64,000 nucleotides of DNA from Octopus bimaculoides. Lineage: Eukaryota. Positions 1 through 12,859 of this stretch are shown here, piece after piece. The stretch spans positions 127,178,523-127,242,522 of the forward strand of contig NC_068982.1 in NCBI RefSeq assembly GCF_001194135.2, given 5' to 3'. Below the pieces are notes generated by a model that searched no databases, was not told the origin of the DNA, and saw only the letters and a list, made by a program, of their open reading frames with translations. The number at the start of each line of letters is the position of its first letter. Position 1 is the first letter of the stretch. The position numbers and the translations under genes are program-made.

Positions 1-389
1 AAGTTATACAAAACCAGCTTGACAAGATTTAATGTCGCATCGGAAAAGGGCAGAGATAAATACTGAAATGCTTTTGATCTGGTGCCCTATTTTTTTACCT
101 TTTCATATTTACAATTCCACTGCATTCGAGTTGCAACATAATGCTAAACTACAGTGTGTACAGAGAGAGATCTGACCGGGATCTCGCAGGGAAAACAGTA
201 GGCTGCTTCTTGGTTCAAATACCTTCCTTACTGCATTAAAAAGATGTAAACAAAAGGTTTATAAGTAGATGGAAAGTTGTACCATAGCTACACAACCAAC
301 TACTGCACTATTGAACTTGACGCGTGACGTCACCTAGTTATATGCGCGCGCGCGCGTGGTGTGTGCAACGCTGGTAGAGGCCGCTGCAT

Positions 390-1231
390 CAAGGTCCCAG
401 CCTCAGGAGTGTTTGTACGGTCCATCACAATCCACAGGAGTGTTTCTACCCCAGTCTTTTACTGCACGAGGTCAGAGGACCAACGTGTTTCTATGACTTG
501 AAAATCTTTGATGGTGAGGTATGTAGAACATTCCAGGAGGCCTGCTTCAAGCACGGGATGCTAGAAAATGCGGCACAGTGTCATGCAACACTGGCAGAGG
601 CCACTGCACCAAAGTTCTCCAAACGTCTCAGGACATTGTTTGCAATGATATTGCAAATATGCATGTTATGTGATCCCAGTTCCTTGTGGTTCAAGTACAG
701 GGATGTGAAAAGGGAAAAGACGTCTTCATACCGAGGATTCTCCTTATTCCGTCGGGACGGAAATTCCCTTTACTTTCAGGCGGTTGCAATTTCCTGTTCG
801 TGTAAGTTTTGCGATGTCGAGCAACAAATCCCAGGAGCAAACACTCACTGTGTCAGGACTTCACCAAGAGGACTCGTTAGCAGCGCTGCCGAAGTTGGTA
901 AGTTTGTACAGTTTTGTATGTTTTTACCGAAAAATTGACTGTATCGAACGTTTAAGAGATTTTAAATTTCAATATTCTTTCTTTTTTATATGTATTTTCA
1001 TCAATTTCAAGTCATTATACACCCTTGCATTTCAAAATTTTAAAGAAAAACCGGTATTTTTCTCTATTTTTGCGGTTGTGACATATTTAAAAAATATTTT
1101 GTATGATCTTGTGAATTTTGGTACGTTTAGGCATGAAATTCTGTAGGTTTTTCAAAAAAGCTTCGGCAGCGCTGGTCATTAGACTAAAAATAAGCGTTCA
1201 CATCCTGAGCAACGCCGAGTACCTCTGCTAG
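390..1231 (+). mobile_element. Helitron, internally deleted and frameshifted (RepHel remnant plus 3' terminus)
   Basis: Translation gives TVHHNPQECFY..LHEVRGPTCFYDLKIFDGEVCRTFQEACFKHGMLEN..RLRTLFAMILQIC..PSSLW, the typical Helitron region between Rep and helicase. It then jumps to GCEKGKDVFIPRILLIP..FTFRRLQFPVRVSFAMSSNKSQEQTL, the PIF1 helicase C-terminal motifs. It ends in GAGCAACGCCGAG..CTAG (1228-1231) followed by T, a canonical Helitron 3' end. The 5' end was not located. Confidence 0.9.
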
Positions 1232-2611
1232 TATAATATAAAGCTACAGGTATTTATTTATCATACATTCTATCTAGTATTATAAACAGAGGCTTGGTAT
1301 CCATTTGGTATCCATTCTTGGTATCTATCCGTATGTGATCAACCTTCAAGACAAGAAGAACGTCATATGGAGGGAGTGTCGCTCACCCACTTCTTATTAT
1401 GACGTCCATCTTTTTTCTCAGGGGCATTAAGCAATGCAGATATAATAGATATAGTGGGAATCAAAATCAACTTGCATATTTTGTCACGTTGGAGCTTACT
1501 TTCTTATTTCAACTCTCTTAGTTCAAATCCCACAATGGTCAATTTTGCCTAAGCAGGTACTTTAAAAATGTTTTATTTCATATATATGAATAAGGATAAG
1601 ATCGATATATAAAGATATCGATTTCATCAAGTGGCCAGCATTGGAATAAAAACCATCAAAGGTAACAATTATTTAAAATTATAATATAAGGTATCTAAGA
1701 GATACCGCCACGCTGAAAATAGCAGTCAAATCTTGACTCTAAACCATAATAAATATTCATATAGCACCAAGAGCGAAGACGAAGAGACAAAATAAACTAG
1801 CAAAAATTACTGGATAATTTCAGATCCCGGATTTTGCAAACTCATTGTACAATAGTTACATTTACATTCACTTCTCGTTCATAGTCAAGATCTTGTTTTT
1901 ATTATTGCGATGTGTCCCTCTGGCTGATTTAAAATAGACTTGGCCGCTATTTCTAGTAGGTCAAGTGACCACACAAAAGCTCTTACATCTGTGAATACGT
2001 ATATGTAGGTCAGTAATATTTGTGACAGACGATGAATGTCAAAAGGATTTTTATTTTTTTATTTTTCATAGTAATTCTGTCCACATTTCAGTGAAATAGC
2101 TTAATGGAAACTTCCGATACACAGAAGAAAAAAAATGGTCATTGATACGTTTCACTAAACTATTTTCTCACAATAAGAAATGATTTTGCTTTCTTTTTTT
2201 AATGTCACAAATAACAGAACTGACCGTTTTACTGGTTGAAGATTTTTGTAAAATATGTAGTTTCAAGTAGTAGAAGGAGCAGAATTTTATATATCAAAAT
2301 AGATTTACTGCAGAATTAACCGTTTTACTGAGTGAAAGTTTAGTAAATCTATTTTAGTAAATTACCTTCCCTTTTCTCCTCTCAGTCTCCCCCCGTGTTA
2401 TCTTTTTCCTTTCCTCACACAGTCTATTGTATCTGAGAGTGAAATATTCATAGTTATTGATTTCTCTGTGCCATGCGAAGTAAAAATAAAGTTATATATA
2501 TATATATATATATATATATTCTTTTTTTCTTACGTTGCAGAGGTTAATTCAATGAATAAATTCCCTGTTTCTTTTAATTCGTTTCTCCAAATAAATTAGT
2601 TGATCTGAGGA

Positions 2612-2675
2612 AAGCGCGTGACGGACGGGCTGATGTAGACAGGCAAACAGAGAACACGGCTTTTATCATATAGAT
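2612..2675 (-). mobile_element. Possible 5' end of a non-autonomous Helitron-like element
   Basis: The minus strand reads A|TCTATATGATAAAAGCCGTG..GTCTAC..GTCCGTC. This matches the TCTATA(T/A)ATAAAA start plus GTCY-type repeats of non-autonomous Helitron-like repeats. Confidence 0.4.
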
Positions 2676-3042
2676 TACATCACTATGGACCTAGATTTGA
2701 ATATTATGGATTTACAAGTTCAATATCCATTTCTTTTGAGAATGGTGAAACTGAAAGAAACAATGTAGTATCGGGTTTTTTACTGGAGTTTTACTATATT
2801 TTATTTAGTCTTTCTAGGCTCTAGGTTCAAATCCAACTGCTTTCTAATTTGTATTTGAGCCAGAGGTTCTGATGAATAGGTGTACCAGTAATATTTGTAT
2901 GTCGATACAGTCATCAATATAGGATTGGCTTTAGCTATGATGAAGACATCAATACTAAAAGGTTGTCTGTTATTCAGGAGGATAATTGGATGTGTTGCTT
3001 GATATTAATTTCTTTCTCAGGGGTTCTATCTGCATAGTATGT

Positions 3043-3200
3043 AAACGCAGTATAGCTGAATGATTACGAAGTTTGCTTCGCAACCACGAGATTCTAGATT
3101 CGATCCCATTGCATGGCATCTTGGGAAAACGACATTTTCTATAGCCTGCAGTCGATCTATATATACATTGAAAGAAAAATTGAGTAGTCGGAAACTGTAC
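3043..3200 (+). mobile_element. Diverged SINE (family C, CORE-like), 5' part
   Basis: Degenerate tRNA-like head followed by GGCATCTTGGGAAAA..TTTTCTATAGCC, homologous to the copies at 36924 and 50903. Confidence 0.5.
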
Positions 3201-4049
3201 AGTGGTCCGTCTAATGGATTGTACTTGTAATACAAAGATGCAGCCTTTTAACATAGTGCGTCACGCTGATTCTACCTGACGATTATGTCAAGGTACACAT
3301 GTTTGTAGACAACTCTGTTCATAACACGTTAACTCAAGAGTAGGAAATTCAGTCAACCAAACTATTGAATACCCAACGTCAGAAGCGACTGGGAGCCATC
3401 CATCGGCGTAACTGAAATATTGCTGGCCGCCCAGAGTTATGTCTGTAACTTAAATTTTGTATTTGTTCGTGTATACATTCCTTTTATTATTTTTCTCAAT
3501 TTCATTCGCTGGACTACGACCATACCGAAGCATTGTCTTCAAAGATTTTAGTTGATCATATCGACAGCAGCAATTTCTAATCGCTAAGTTACTTCCTTTG
3601 ACACTACAATGGTTAACGTTGATATAAAGAAACATATACATACGTTTTAGGTTTTTGGATTGAACACATGCACATAATCACATAATATATGTAACACATA
3701 CACACACATACGCATACCCACGCACGCACATATGCTCACACATAAGCAGTAAGGAAGTGTACACACTTAACATGCACACCCACAGCATGAGTGTAAGTTT
3801 ATCCACAGATCTCGAGTTATCTTGACGTAACACGAGTCGTTTCTTTGTTGGTGACGGAATTCAATTTTGAAAAGAACGAATAGAAAAAAGCTTAAATGAA
3901 TCTCGATGTCAAAAACATAGTAATGTGTGTGCGAGTGAATGTGTGAGTGGCGTGTGCATATGTGCAGAAGTATACGTTGAATTTGATCTTTTACTCAGTA
4001 TTTTCCTTAGTCCGTAAATGTTTGAAAGAATTAGGATGTACTGGTAAAT

Positions 4050-4053
<4 letters not shown>

Positions 4054-4108
<55 letters not shown>

Positions 4109-4241
4109 GTGTCTTTAACGCCTTATTATTCAGTGGTTAAGTTCAATAGTTTTGTAAATTTCACATGAGTTTTGTCTGTGTAATAATTTTGTCGTCTTTG
4201 ATATTTGAAAGAGATGTTCACAATCGACGTATGTACAAATA

Positions 4242-4295
<54 letters not shown>
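4054..4295. repeat. (TG)n and (CA)n microsatellites
   Basis: (TG)n at ~4054-4110 and (CA)n at ~4245-4295, read directly. Confidence 0.95.
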
Positions 4296-4298
<3 letters not shown>

Positions 4299-4715
4299 AT
4301 ATATATGTGTGCATGTGCGTATATATGTATATATATTTACACATAATTCATGCATGCATCCAAGCACACACACATATGCCTATGCATGTGTGTATATAGG
4401 GAGGTATGTGTATATGTATGATACGTATTTCTGCATAGTTTCGAACATAGAATCGAAACTCGGTCGTGGCACCATACGCAATTAAAATTACTAATGAAAC
4501 CATAAGTCGAGGCTGCAAACCAAACTCTGACTAAAGTGAGACTATGGCATAGCTTTGATCAGGTTGAAGTAAATTCGCTTCAGTTGTAACCTTAATGTCC
4601 TTGAAAAAAAGGAATAACATTCTTTCTTTCTTCTACTCTAAACGTGTGTAGACTACTAAGCCCTTATTGGAATCTTTTTTTCGTGTATCTTAAGTCCTGG
4701 TTAACTTACAGTACT

Positions 4716-5105
4716 GTGGAGGCGCAATGGCCCAGTGGTTAGGGCAGCGGACTCGCGGTCATAGGATCGCGGTTTCGATTCCCAGATCGGGCGTTGTGAG
4801 TGTTTATTGAGCGAAAACACCTTAAGTTCCACGAGGCTCCGGCAGGGGATGGTGGCGAACCCTGCTGTACTCTTTCACCACAACTTTCTCTCACTCTTAC
4901 TTCCTGTTTCTGTTGTGCCTGTAATTCAAATGGTCAGCCTTGTCACACTGTGTCACGCTGAATATCCCCGAGAACTACGTTAAGGGTTCACGTGTCTGCG
5001 GAGTGCTCAGCCACTTGCATGTTAATTTCACGAGCAGGCTGTTCCGTTGATCGGATCAACTGGAACCCTCGACGTCGTAAGCGACGGAGTGCCAACAACA
5101 ACAAA
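4716..5105 (+). mobile_element. Full-length tRNA-derived SINE, family A, (CAA)n tail, with TSD
   Basis: Head GGAGGCGCAATGGCCCAGTGGTTAGGG..GGTTTCGATTCCC (A/B-box-like) and tail GCCAACAACAACAA. Flanked by ACTTACAGTACT (4704-4715) and ACGTACAGTACT (5106-5117). Near-identical copies at 18978 and 47096. Confidence 0.92.
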
Positions 5106-5776
5106 ACGTACAGTACTAATACTCTTCCAAAATGCAGGAACGTGAATATATCTTTCTTTCTTCTCATAAAATTAGAGCTTTGTGCTTAGTCAAGAGAAAC
5201 TAATGCTGAAACAGTATGAAAACTTGTGAAACAAATAAGAAAATTCTGTGGCGACTCGATTTGATTTCAAAAGGCACTAATTGTGACACATAACCGATTT
5301 CAATATCTTCTATAAGAAACTGTATGTATTTCTACCGGTCTTTTAAGTTTGTTGTCGGTTAGCTTATGATTAAACGATGAATGCATTCATATATTTTCGA
5401 GCAAAATGGAAAATATAAACTTATTCGGAGAATATAATGAAGGCTTTGTTTTGCAGATGAAGTCTAATTGTCCGAAACGTGCAAACACAAACCAGGTTCC
5501 TCCACTACGCGTGAAAATTAATTTTCTGTGATATTAACCCTTATTTTCTTAAAAATGATCTTCCCCTTTCTTTCAGAATCGTCAATAATTGAAAAGGCTT
5601 CTTTTGTTGCTGTTTTTTTTTATTATTATTGCAACTGAAACCATTGTGTATTTTTGAGCACACCATTCTGTACATCGCCAACAATCTGAATTATCTCATA
5701 CATAACATTTCAATTCAAAAAGTTTTATGTTTATGTGCGTGCACGTGTATATGTAAATGCATATATGCCTATGTAT

Positions 5777-5781
<5 letters not shown>

Positions 5782-5865
<84 letters not shown>

Positions 5866-5871
5866 CGCGCG
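5782..5871. repeat. (TG)n-(CG)7 alternating purine-pyrimidine tract (Z-DNA prone)
   Basis: About 38 TG units followed directly by (CG)7 at 5858-5871. Confidence 0.9.
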
Positions 5872-6060
5872 AATATATGTATATGAGAAGTTGTTGGCTT
5901 GGGATAGCTCAGCCTGAGTGACCCTCGCTGTAATTATTACATCAGAAGATCTGCTAGCTAGGAAACATATGTAACCTGGAGTTTACCTGTTCCACTCCTT
6001 CAGTTTGGATTTTTATTCGCATTCATAGCAACTCTAGTTGCTAACCGTGAGCTATACAAA

Positions 6061-6300
6061 TGTGGTATGACGTCAGCGACTGGGGAGCTGACCGCTGACC
6101 GGAACCGGGAGCTTACCGGAACTGGGAGCTGACCGGAAGGGGGAGAGGAGCAGAGGGAGCCACGATTGGGATTTCTTGCCTTTTTCGAGCGGGGTCGTTG
6201 CGACGCGAAGACGTGCGAGGCGATCGTCCAGGTGAGGGAGAGGCAGCTGCTATTTCTAGCGTTCTTCGGGTCGGACCATGTGCGAGGACAGGATACCACA
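6061..6300. mobile_element. Candidate solo LTR (240 bp, GC-rich)
   Basis: GC/CpG-rich island in AT-rich DNA, bounded by 8-bp inverted termini TGTGGTAT...ATACCACA (TG..CA). No clean TSD or PBS seen. Confidence 0.5.
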
Positions 6301-7700
6301 GGACAGGCTCGTGCGGCGGAAGGAAGACGAGGTAAGCCGATTACTTCTAATCATTCGCATACACCACAACAAACATTTTCAGCTTATCGAATTTCCTTGT
6401 AGCTTCGGTATAGGAAAATGTACGTAACCTTTAACGCCAATAAATTGTTCCTGAACGTACACGGTTCACTTTTTATTTTCTATTCTTGCCACAGACCGCT
6501 TGAAGCTTACAAACTTCCTACACTTGGATCCCTGGATTTTGCCCTTATATATCGATAATTACACACACACACACACACACACACATAAACGTATGTGTCT
6601 ATGTATATATAATTTTAACGGAAGGTTAATTATACAAATTACTGTTTCTTTCATTTGAAGATTGTTGTGATAAATTAAGAGCACGAAAATCAGTGACTTT
6701 AATCTCTTCCTCAAGGTCAGGACAATAAAATAATCGAATTGTCTTTTACGTGGGAATCGAAACGTCGTCCCTTTATTCTTTGCCATAACTTTACTTCTAT
6801 CATCTTTCTTCTCTCTATAAATTAGCCGGTAATATTCTAACGGAAAAACGATTCCTTATGTGAATTCCTTGGTTGTTTCTTTGTGTTTCCTGATTCTAAA
6901 ATATTATATGCAATAAAAATGTCATGTGTTTGAAGTATTTTATTGTGTGCTAAATATTACATAGGAAAAAACAAAGAAACTTTAATCGCTTTTAGTTAAA
7001 ATACTTGCACGAGTTTCCTGTTGTTAAGTAACTAATTACTTACAATAATCCAAATAGGTTTTCATATATCTGATCCTTAGTGCATTTTTCTTTTTTTTTT
7101 TTTTTTNNNNNNNNNNTTTTTTTTTTTTTTTTTTTGAAGTTATTATCCAGACAAATAATACCGAACTTCTTTTGTTTCCTTTTTGTCTTTCAGAAATATT
7201 CGGTTACTTTTGTTTCTCAATAACCTTTTTTGAAATACTATTTCTTCTGATCAACGGTAATATGTTTTTCACTATTAATCTTGACGCTAACTGGCCTCCA
7301 GAATAAAATATTTTATTCGCAGTCACAACGTTGAGAAAGTTTCTTTATTTCTTACTCTACTTTGATAGAATCTATGAAACTAGCAACTAACCGACTCAAT
7401 AGGAATGGTACATAACACATAATAATCCATTTTACCGAAGATGTAAATAGGTGGCGTGTAGAAGTGGTGAGATTGTCTATTTGATAAATACTTTAATATT
7501 ATAGCGCTGCAGTAAAATCACTCGAGGAAAATAAAACGGGCACATCACTACAATGTTTTCTGCTCTAAATTATTTACCATTTAAAAGGTTGGGATTGTCA
7601 CAACGATTCAACTGGTAAGTGGACATAACGTAGTCTCTCTCCCTGAGATTTTTCTACAAATATAAGAAACTTGTTTGTTTTTCTTTTTAATTAACTGAGT

Positions 7701-7912
7701 AAGACGGTGAACCGGCAGAATAGTCAACACGCCGGAGAAAAAACAAAACAAAACAAAACGCATAATGGTATTTTTCCGGCTTTACTTTCTGAGTTCAAAG
7801 GCTTTTCTGGGTCGATAAAATAAGTACCAATCGAGCACTGCGGTCGATATCATCGATTTAGATCCCTATTCCCTAAAGTTGCTGGCTTTGTATCAAAATT
7901 TGAAATCCTTAT
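7701..7912 (+). mobile_element. SINE family B (Meta-core-like), diverged
   Basis: Head AAGACGGTGAACCGGCAGAAT.., TTCTGAGTTCAAA, core GGGTCGATAAAATAAGTACC. Confidence 0.75.
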
Positions 7913-8850
7913 ATTTTTAACTGAGTAATGACTACTTCACTGACTTCAACATGAACCGAGTAGATCACGGATGAATAAGGCTAATCTTATGTAAATAGAT
8001 TAACTATTCAGAGTGCAGCAAATTTCCAACAAATTGTGAATCCTGCATTGAAGAAAGCTCTAGGTACAGCATCATATCTTGAGATTGCCATATTTCCTAA
8101 CTGGCAAAGTTGGGGCAATACAGTAGCAAATCTATAGATATGACGTAGGCAAGATGAAAGACAGATATTGAGAACGAGTGAAGCAAGCAACAAATATAGA
8201 GATGAAATAGAGAAAGGCTGGAATATTTTTGTCGCCGAGAAGAAAAGGTTGAACGGGAGTCCACAGATGAATTGGTATAGAAGGAGTAAACGTGGGATAG
8301 ATTCCATTGTTAAAGGATTTATAATAGAATCATAATTTTCGTTTGTGCCCGGAAGTTTTCATTCAATCTTAAAATTATAATTATTACGTTACACCGTATA
8401 GTTTAAAATTAATTAACTCTGTAGAATTAATAGATTAAAGTTTTAGCCTTACTTTAAAAAAAATTCAGTCTTTTAACCAGCTTTCTTAAAATAGTCATTC
8501 TCCAGTTATAAAACATATGTGTATTTTCTTATGTAAGATTAATATTTAATACATGTTTAATTCTTCAATTTAAAGTAAATTGTTTATATTCATTGAAATA
8601 GTTGTATATTAATTGGCAGTGTACATGCAGTTATTATACGATACACTTAATGTAATTTCTATAACTTTTAGAATAAACAATTTAAAAGTTTTCAAAATAT
8701 CAAAAATGCATTTGGTGAAACAAACGAATGTGTGACATTGCGAAATTAAAGAAAATACATTAAAACAATTCAGATTTTCACACAGAGAAATAAAGATTAA
8801 ATTAAAATATCTAACCGATACTGTTAGTCATGAAAGCAAATATCTTAATC

Positions 8851-9137
8851 CAGGGGTTTTCAAACTGTGGTCCGCGGACCACAGGGGGTACGCAAGGACA
8901 AGACAGGGGGTCCGTGGACAGCAAATACTTTTTATGGGCAATTTGATTTTATATATGTTTTTTAATCGAAATCTTTTAATTGACAATAAACATATTTGTT
9001 AAATAAATAAATGTAAAAATATATGTTATTTTAAGCAAATATTTATGTATAAATTTCATAAGCGTTTATAAGGGGGTCCCTAAGGTAAAGCCTGAAATAT
9101 AAAGGGATCCGCAAGTCAAAAAGTTTGAAAACCCCTG
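8851..9137. mobile_element. hAT-superfamily MITE (287 bp) with perfect 8-bp TSD
   Basis: TIRs CAGGGGTTTTCAAACT / AGTTTGAAAACCCCTG. Identical TCTTAATC on both sides (8843-8850, 9138-9145). An 8-bp TSD with CAGGGG termini is typical of hAT (Charlie/Tip100-like). Confidence 0.93.
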
Positions 9138-9992
9138 TCTTAATCTATGAATAAACTTATTTGTATTTTAGCAAAATACTGGCGAATTCCGCATAGTATC
9201 GGACAGAACAGTGTGTTCTTTGCGGATAGTTACATTTCATAGTTATATATACATAGAATGAAATATCACCTATCAACAACACAATTTAACTTGTTGTAAA
9301 TGAGGACGAATAAAGTTTTTAAAAATCATGTTTTTCACTATTATGTTGTTGAATATATCAAAAACATTTTTCGTGTTTGTTCAAATAAAAGTCTTCAGCA
9401 ATGAAAATACCTACTACTGAAGATATCGCATTTCTTGTGTTAAATAGATATTTACTTTAGCATTTCTTTTAACACAATAACCTCTTTAAGTGCTTTTAAA
9501 GACTTTCTCTTATGCGTTTTTACTGTTTATACAGACAAAACTAATTTGTGCAGTTTATCAAAAACAAATTTATTGATATCTGCCTACCAATACTGAGGAT
9601 CTTATTTCTATTTATTGCTTGATCAGTGAAAGCCTAATGTTATGGAAACTTGCGTAACAGCAATGAAATACAAACTTATCTTTACATCAATCATTAAATT
9701 TTACACAAGTATGCTAAGGTAAATATCTTCTGAAAATAAGTAATGAAATATCTTCAATGTAGCCTCTTTCTATGGATTTTCATTTGAACAACGTTTCTTA
9801 ATTCTTGTTACGTAAACGACATACAATTCTCGCTGGTTAGAAGAACAAACCTTCTAAAATCAATGGAGAAAAATCGAAATTCTACACGTCATTATTCACA
9901 GTTCTTTTTTTAAACTTCAAGTTATACAGTAAATACAATACATACATACACACACATGCATACATACATATACATACATACATATGCAAGAG

Positions 9993-10162
9993 TTACGGAA
10001 TGGAGTATGGGAAATCCGGGCTATATATGTTTCGGAGCGAGTGGGCTATCCTTGGCCTGAAGAATAGCCGGCGGTATACACCTCACTTGGATTTTACCAC
10101 TTCTGAGGTTCCACTCACTATGAAACATAAGTAGCCCGGATTTCCCATACTCCATTTTGTAA
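9993..10162. repeat. Fold-back / MITE-like inverted repeat (52-bp arms, 66-bp spacer)
   Basis: 9993-10044 matches the reverse complement of 10111-10162 at 45/52 positions by manual alignment. Confidence 0.85.
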
Positions 10163-10772
10163 GCTTTGTATTCTTTTTCGCAAACTCAGCAACCCTGGCT
10201 GCCTACCGAGGAATATAAAAAGACCTTTTTTCAACTCTTCGTTCTTCGATAGAAGAAAAAATTTGCAACCTTCCGTCTCAGTAAACTACTACTGATCCTG
10301 AAAGTTGTTATTTATATTCANNNNNNNNNNNNNNNNNNNNNNNNNNNNNNNNNNNNNNNNNNNNNNNNNNNNNNNNNNNNNNNNNNNNNNNNNNNNNNNN
10401 NNNNNNNNNNNNNNNNNNNNNNNNNNNNNNNNNNNNNNNNNNNNNNNNNNNNNNNNNNNNNNNNNNNNNNNNNNNNNNNNNNNNNNNNNNNNNNNNNNNN
10501 NNNNNNNNNNNNNNNNNNNNNNNNNNNNNNNNNNNNNNNNNNNNNNNNNNNNNNNNNNNNNNATATATGTATATAGACTTATATATATAGTCATATATAT
10601 GTATATATAGACACACACACACACATATATATATATATGTATATATGTATCTTCTATTTTTTAATTATTATAAATGTTTCACTGAAGAGGGAGCCGGTTT
10701 CCAACAAAGATATAAGGCTCCATATTTGGGACGTGTATGTATGTATGTGTGTGTACGTGTGTATGCGTGTGC

Positions 10773-10820
<48 letters not shown>

Positions 10821-11956
10821 GTATAATTGCACGCACGTATACAGATACACATAATATTATATTACAAATGTTACTTAGAAAAAAATAAAAGGTCTTGTAC
10901 ACAACTCTTTAATTCGTAGTCAGATACCTCCGAAGTAAAAAGAAAACCCTTAAAACAGGAACTATAAGCATAATAAGTAGTTTTGTTTTGTTTTTTATTG
11001 CTTTTACATTTTTTATTAAAGAAAAGAACCTAACAGCAATATAATGGTCATGGGAAATAAATATATATATTTTTCATTTTTTAGTGTGCGTTCTCATTTT
11101 CTTCATAGTGTTACTTTTGTCTGACAAAAATAAAGAAATAGATAAATAAATAAATAAACAAATAAATGAATGAATAAATAACAGGGTTCAAGCTTGAAAC
11201 ATAATTTCGAATATTTTCAATAGAAAATAAAAGGTGAAATCTAAAACTCGTTTACTACTCATTAACTCAAGTAACAGATTTCATTTTACTAATTCAGAAC
11301 AGCTTATATGACACGAGATGAATTTTGCAAAGTAATTTTGTGAAAATTTCATTTTCATTTATTAAAAAAAAAAAAAAACAATTAAAACAATCATTCAATT
11401 CAAGTTTTCATTATTTCAACTTTAAATGTCGTGTGATTATATATATATGTGAACGTTCAATACATGTGTTTGTGTGTGTGCGTGCGTGTGTATAATTATG
11501 TGTGCGTGTGTGTATGTATGTATGCATGTATGAATTTGTGTGTGTATACACATATGTATTTCTGTGTGTGAGAGGGTATGTTTGCGTGTATGTGTGTGCA
11601 GGTATGCATGCGTGTGTGTCTGTCAGTGTCCTGTCCTTATATATATATACTGTATTTTAACACCTCCTCATTGAAGCGAACACTTACCATGTATAAATTA
11701 GGAAATGCAAACATCAAAATTAGAAATAAGAAACCATATGGTGTCTAACTAAATGTTATTTTATTTATTTTTTTACTAAACATCTACATATATATTATAC
11801 ATTATTAGATATATTTTTACTTGAGGAAAAAGCAAAGGCGTTGTTGATGATCGAAATAGCAGAACCTTAGAACGTTCTACATATTTAAAGTTCTATAGCA
11901 TGTTTAAATTCTGTTACGGTTGACTTCTCGTCAGGTTTAGTAAAATAAATACGTTA

Positions 11957-12075
11957 TCTATATATATAAAAGAGTTTGTGTGTGTGTGTGTGCGCGTGCG
12001 TGCGTGCGTGCATGCGTATGTTCCTTCTGCATTCGAAAATTGAGCTGCCGATTTTGACGTATGGGCTATCAAAAC
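11957..12075 (+). mobile_element. Possible 5' end of a microsatellite-containing non-autonomous Helitron
   Basis: A|TCTATATATATAAAAGAG followed by a (TG)n/(TGCG)n tract. Confidence 0.45.
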
Positions 12076-12346
12076 ATTCAGTAATCTTTCGTCTACCAAA
12101 TAGACTTTATTTTCATTTACATATTTTCTACTTTATCTGAACAACTAACTATAGTTATTTGAATGACACTGCTCTAAAATAACCAGGTTTCGTTAGAAAG
12201 TGAAAATAGTTTCACACTTTCAATTTCAACCAAAATTACAAAGTTTTGCATTACGTGAGTGACGATGTGTGAATAATGAAAGTACTGTTTTTCCGAATTA
12301 GGCGTACCTGTACTATAAGAAAAGCTGCTTATCATCTATCTATATA

Positions 12347-12720
12347 CAGGGTGACCCCCACCCAAAAAAACACAACCCACAAATCTTTAAATGAAACTGT
12401 TAATTTTAAGGCAGTGTTGAGGAAGTTTTGGGCATCACTGGGACGATGTAGAGGGACAGATTGAGATGAACAGTGGAACAGTGGTTCTAACAAGACGGGG
12501 CCACCCCTCCACGCATCAAATGACTCTATAGCCTGGCTAAGACTCCATAGCTTGGCTGAGAGAGCGATTTCAGGGGAGACTGCTCAGATTTTTATCTGTG
12601 GGGGTATCTCAAGGATAATGCTTACCAGAACAACTCTCAGACGATTGATAAACTGAAGGCAGCAATCACAGCAAAAATCAGAGAAATCCCCAAAGAGGAA
12701 TGTTTTCGAGTAATTGGCAC
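12347..12720 (+). mobile_element. Tc1/mariner transposon relic (terminus plus transposase C-terminal fragment)
   Basis: TA|CAGGGTG terminus. Broken frames give WF*QDGATP..WLRERFQGRL..DFYLWGYLKDNAYQNNSQTIDKLKAAITAKIREIPKEEC, the QQDGA(T/P)PH and DFxLWGxLK motifs of the DDD catalytic domain. Confidence 0.85.
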
Positions 12721-12859
12721 AACTATTTACTCAAGGTGCCGAGGAAAAGCATCACTGGATGTAAAACTTCGTGTTGAGTTAGTTGGAAGCTAGCAAAGAT
12801 TCGGCGTAAATTTTTAACACCAGAGATAATTCTTACTACTGACAATATCATCAAAATTG

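Noticed and set aside
4716-4790. tRNA-like sequences (also 57100-57177 and 62663-62730)
   Set aside because: These are SINE heads with A/B boxes. They continue into SINE bodies, have TSDs or tails, and lack a complete cloverleaf, so they are not tRNA genes.
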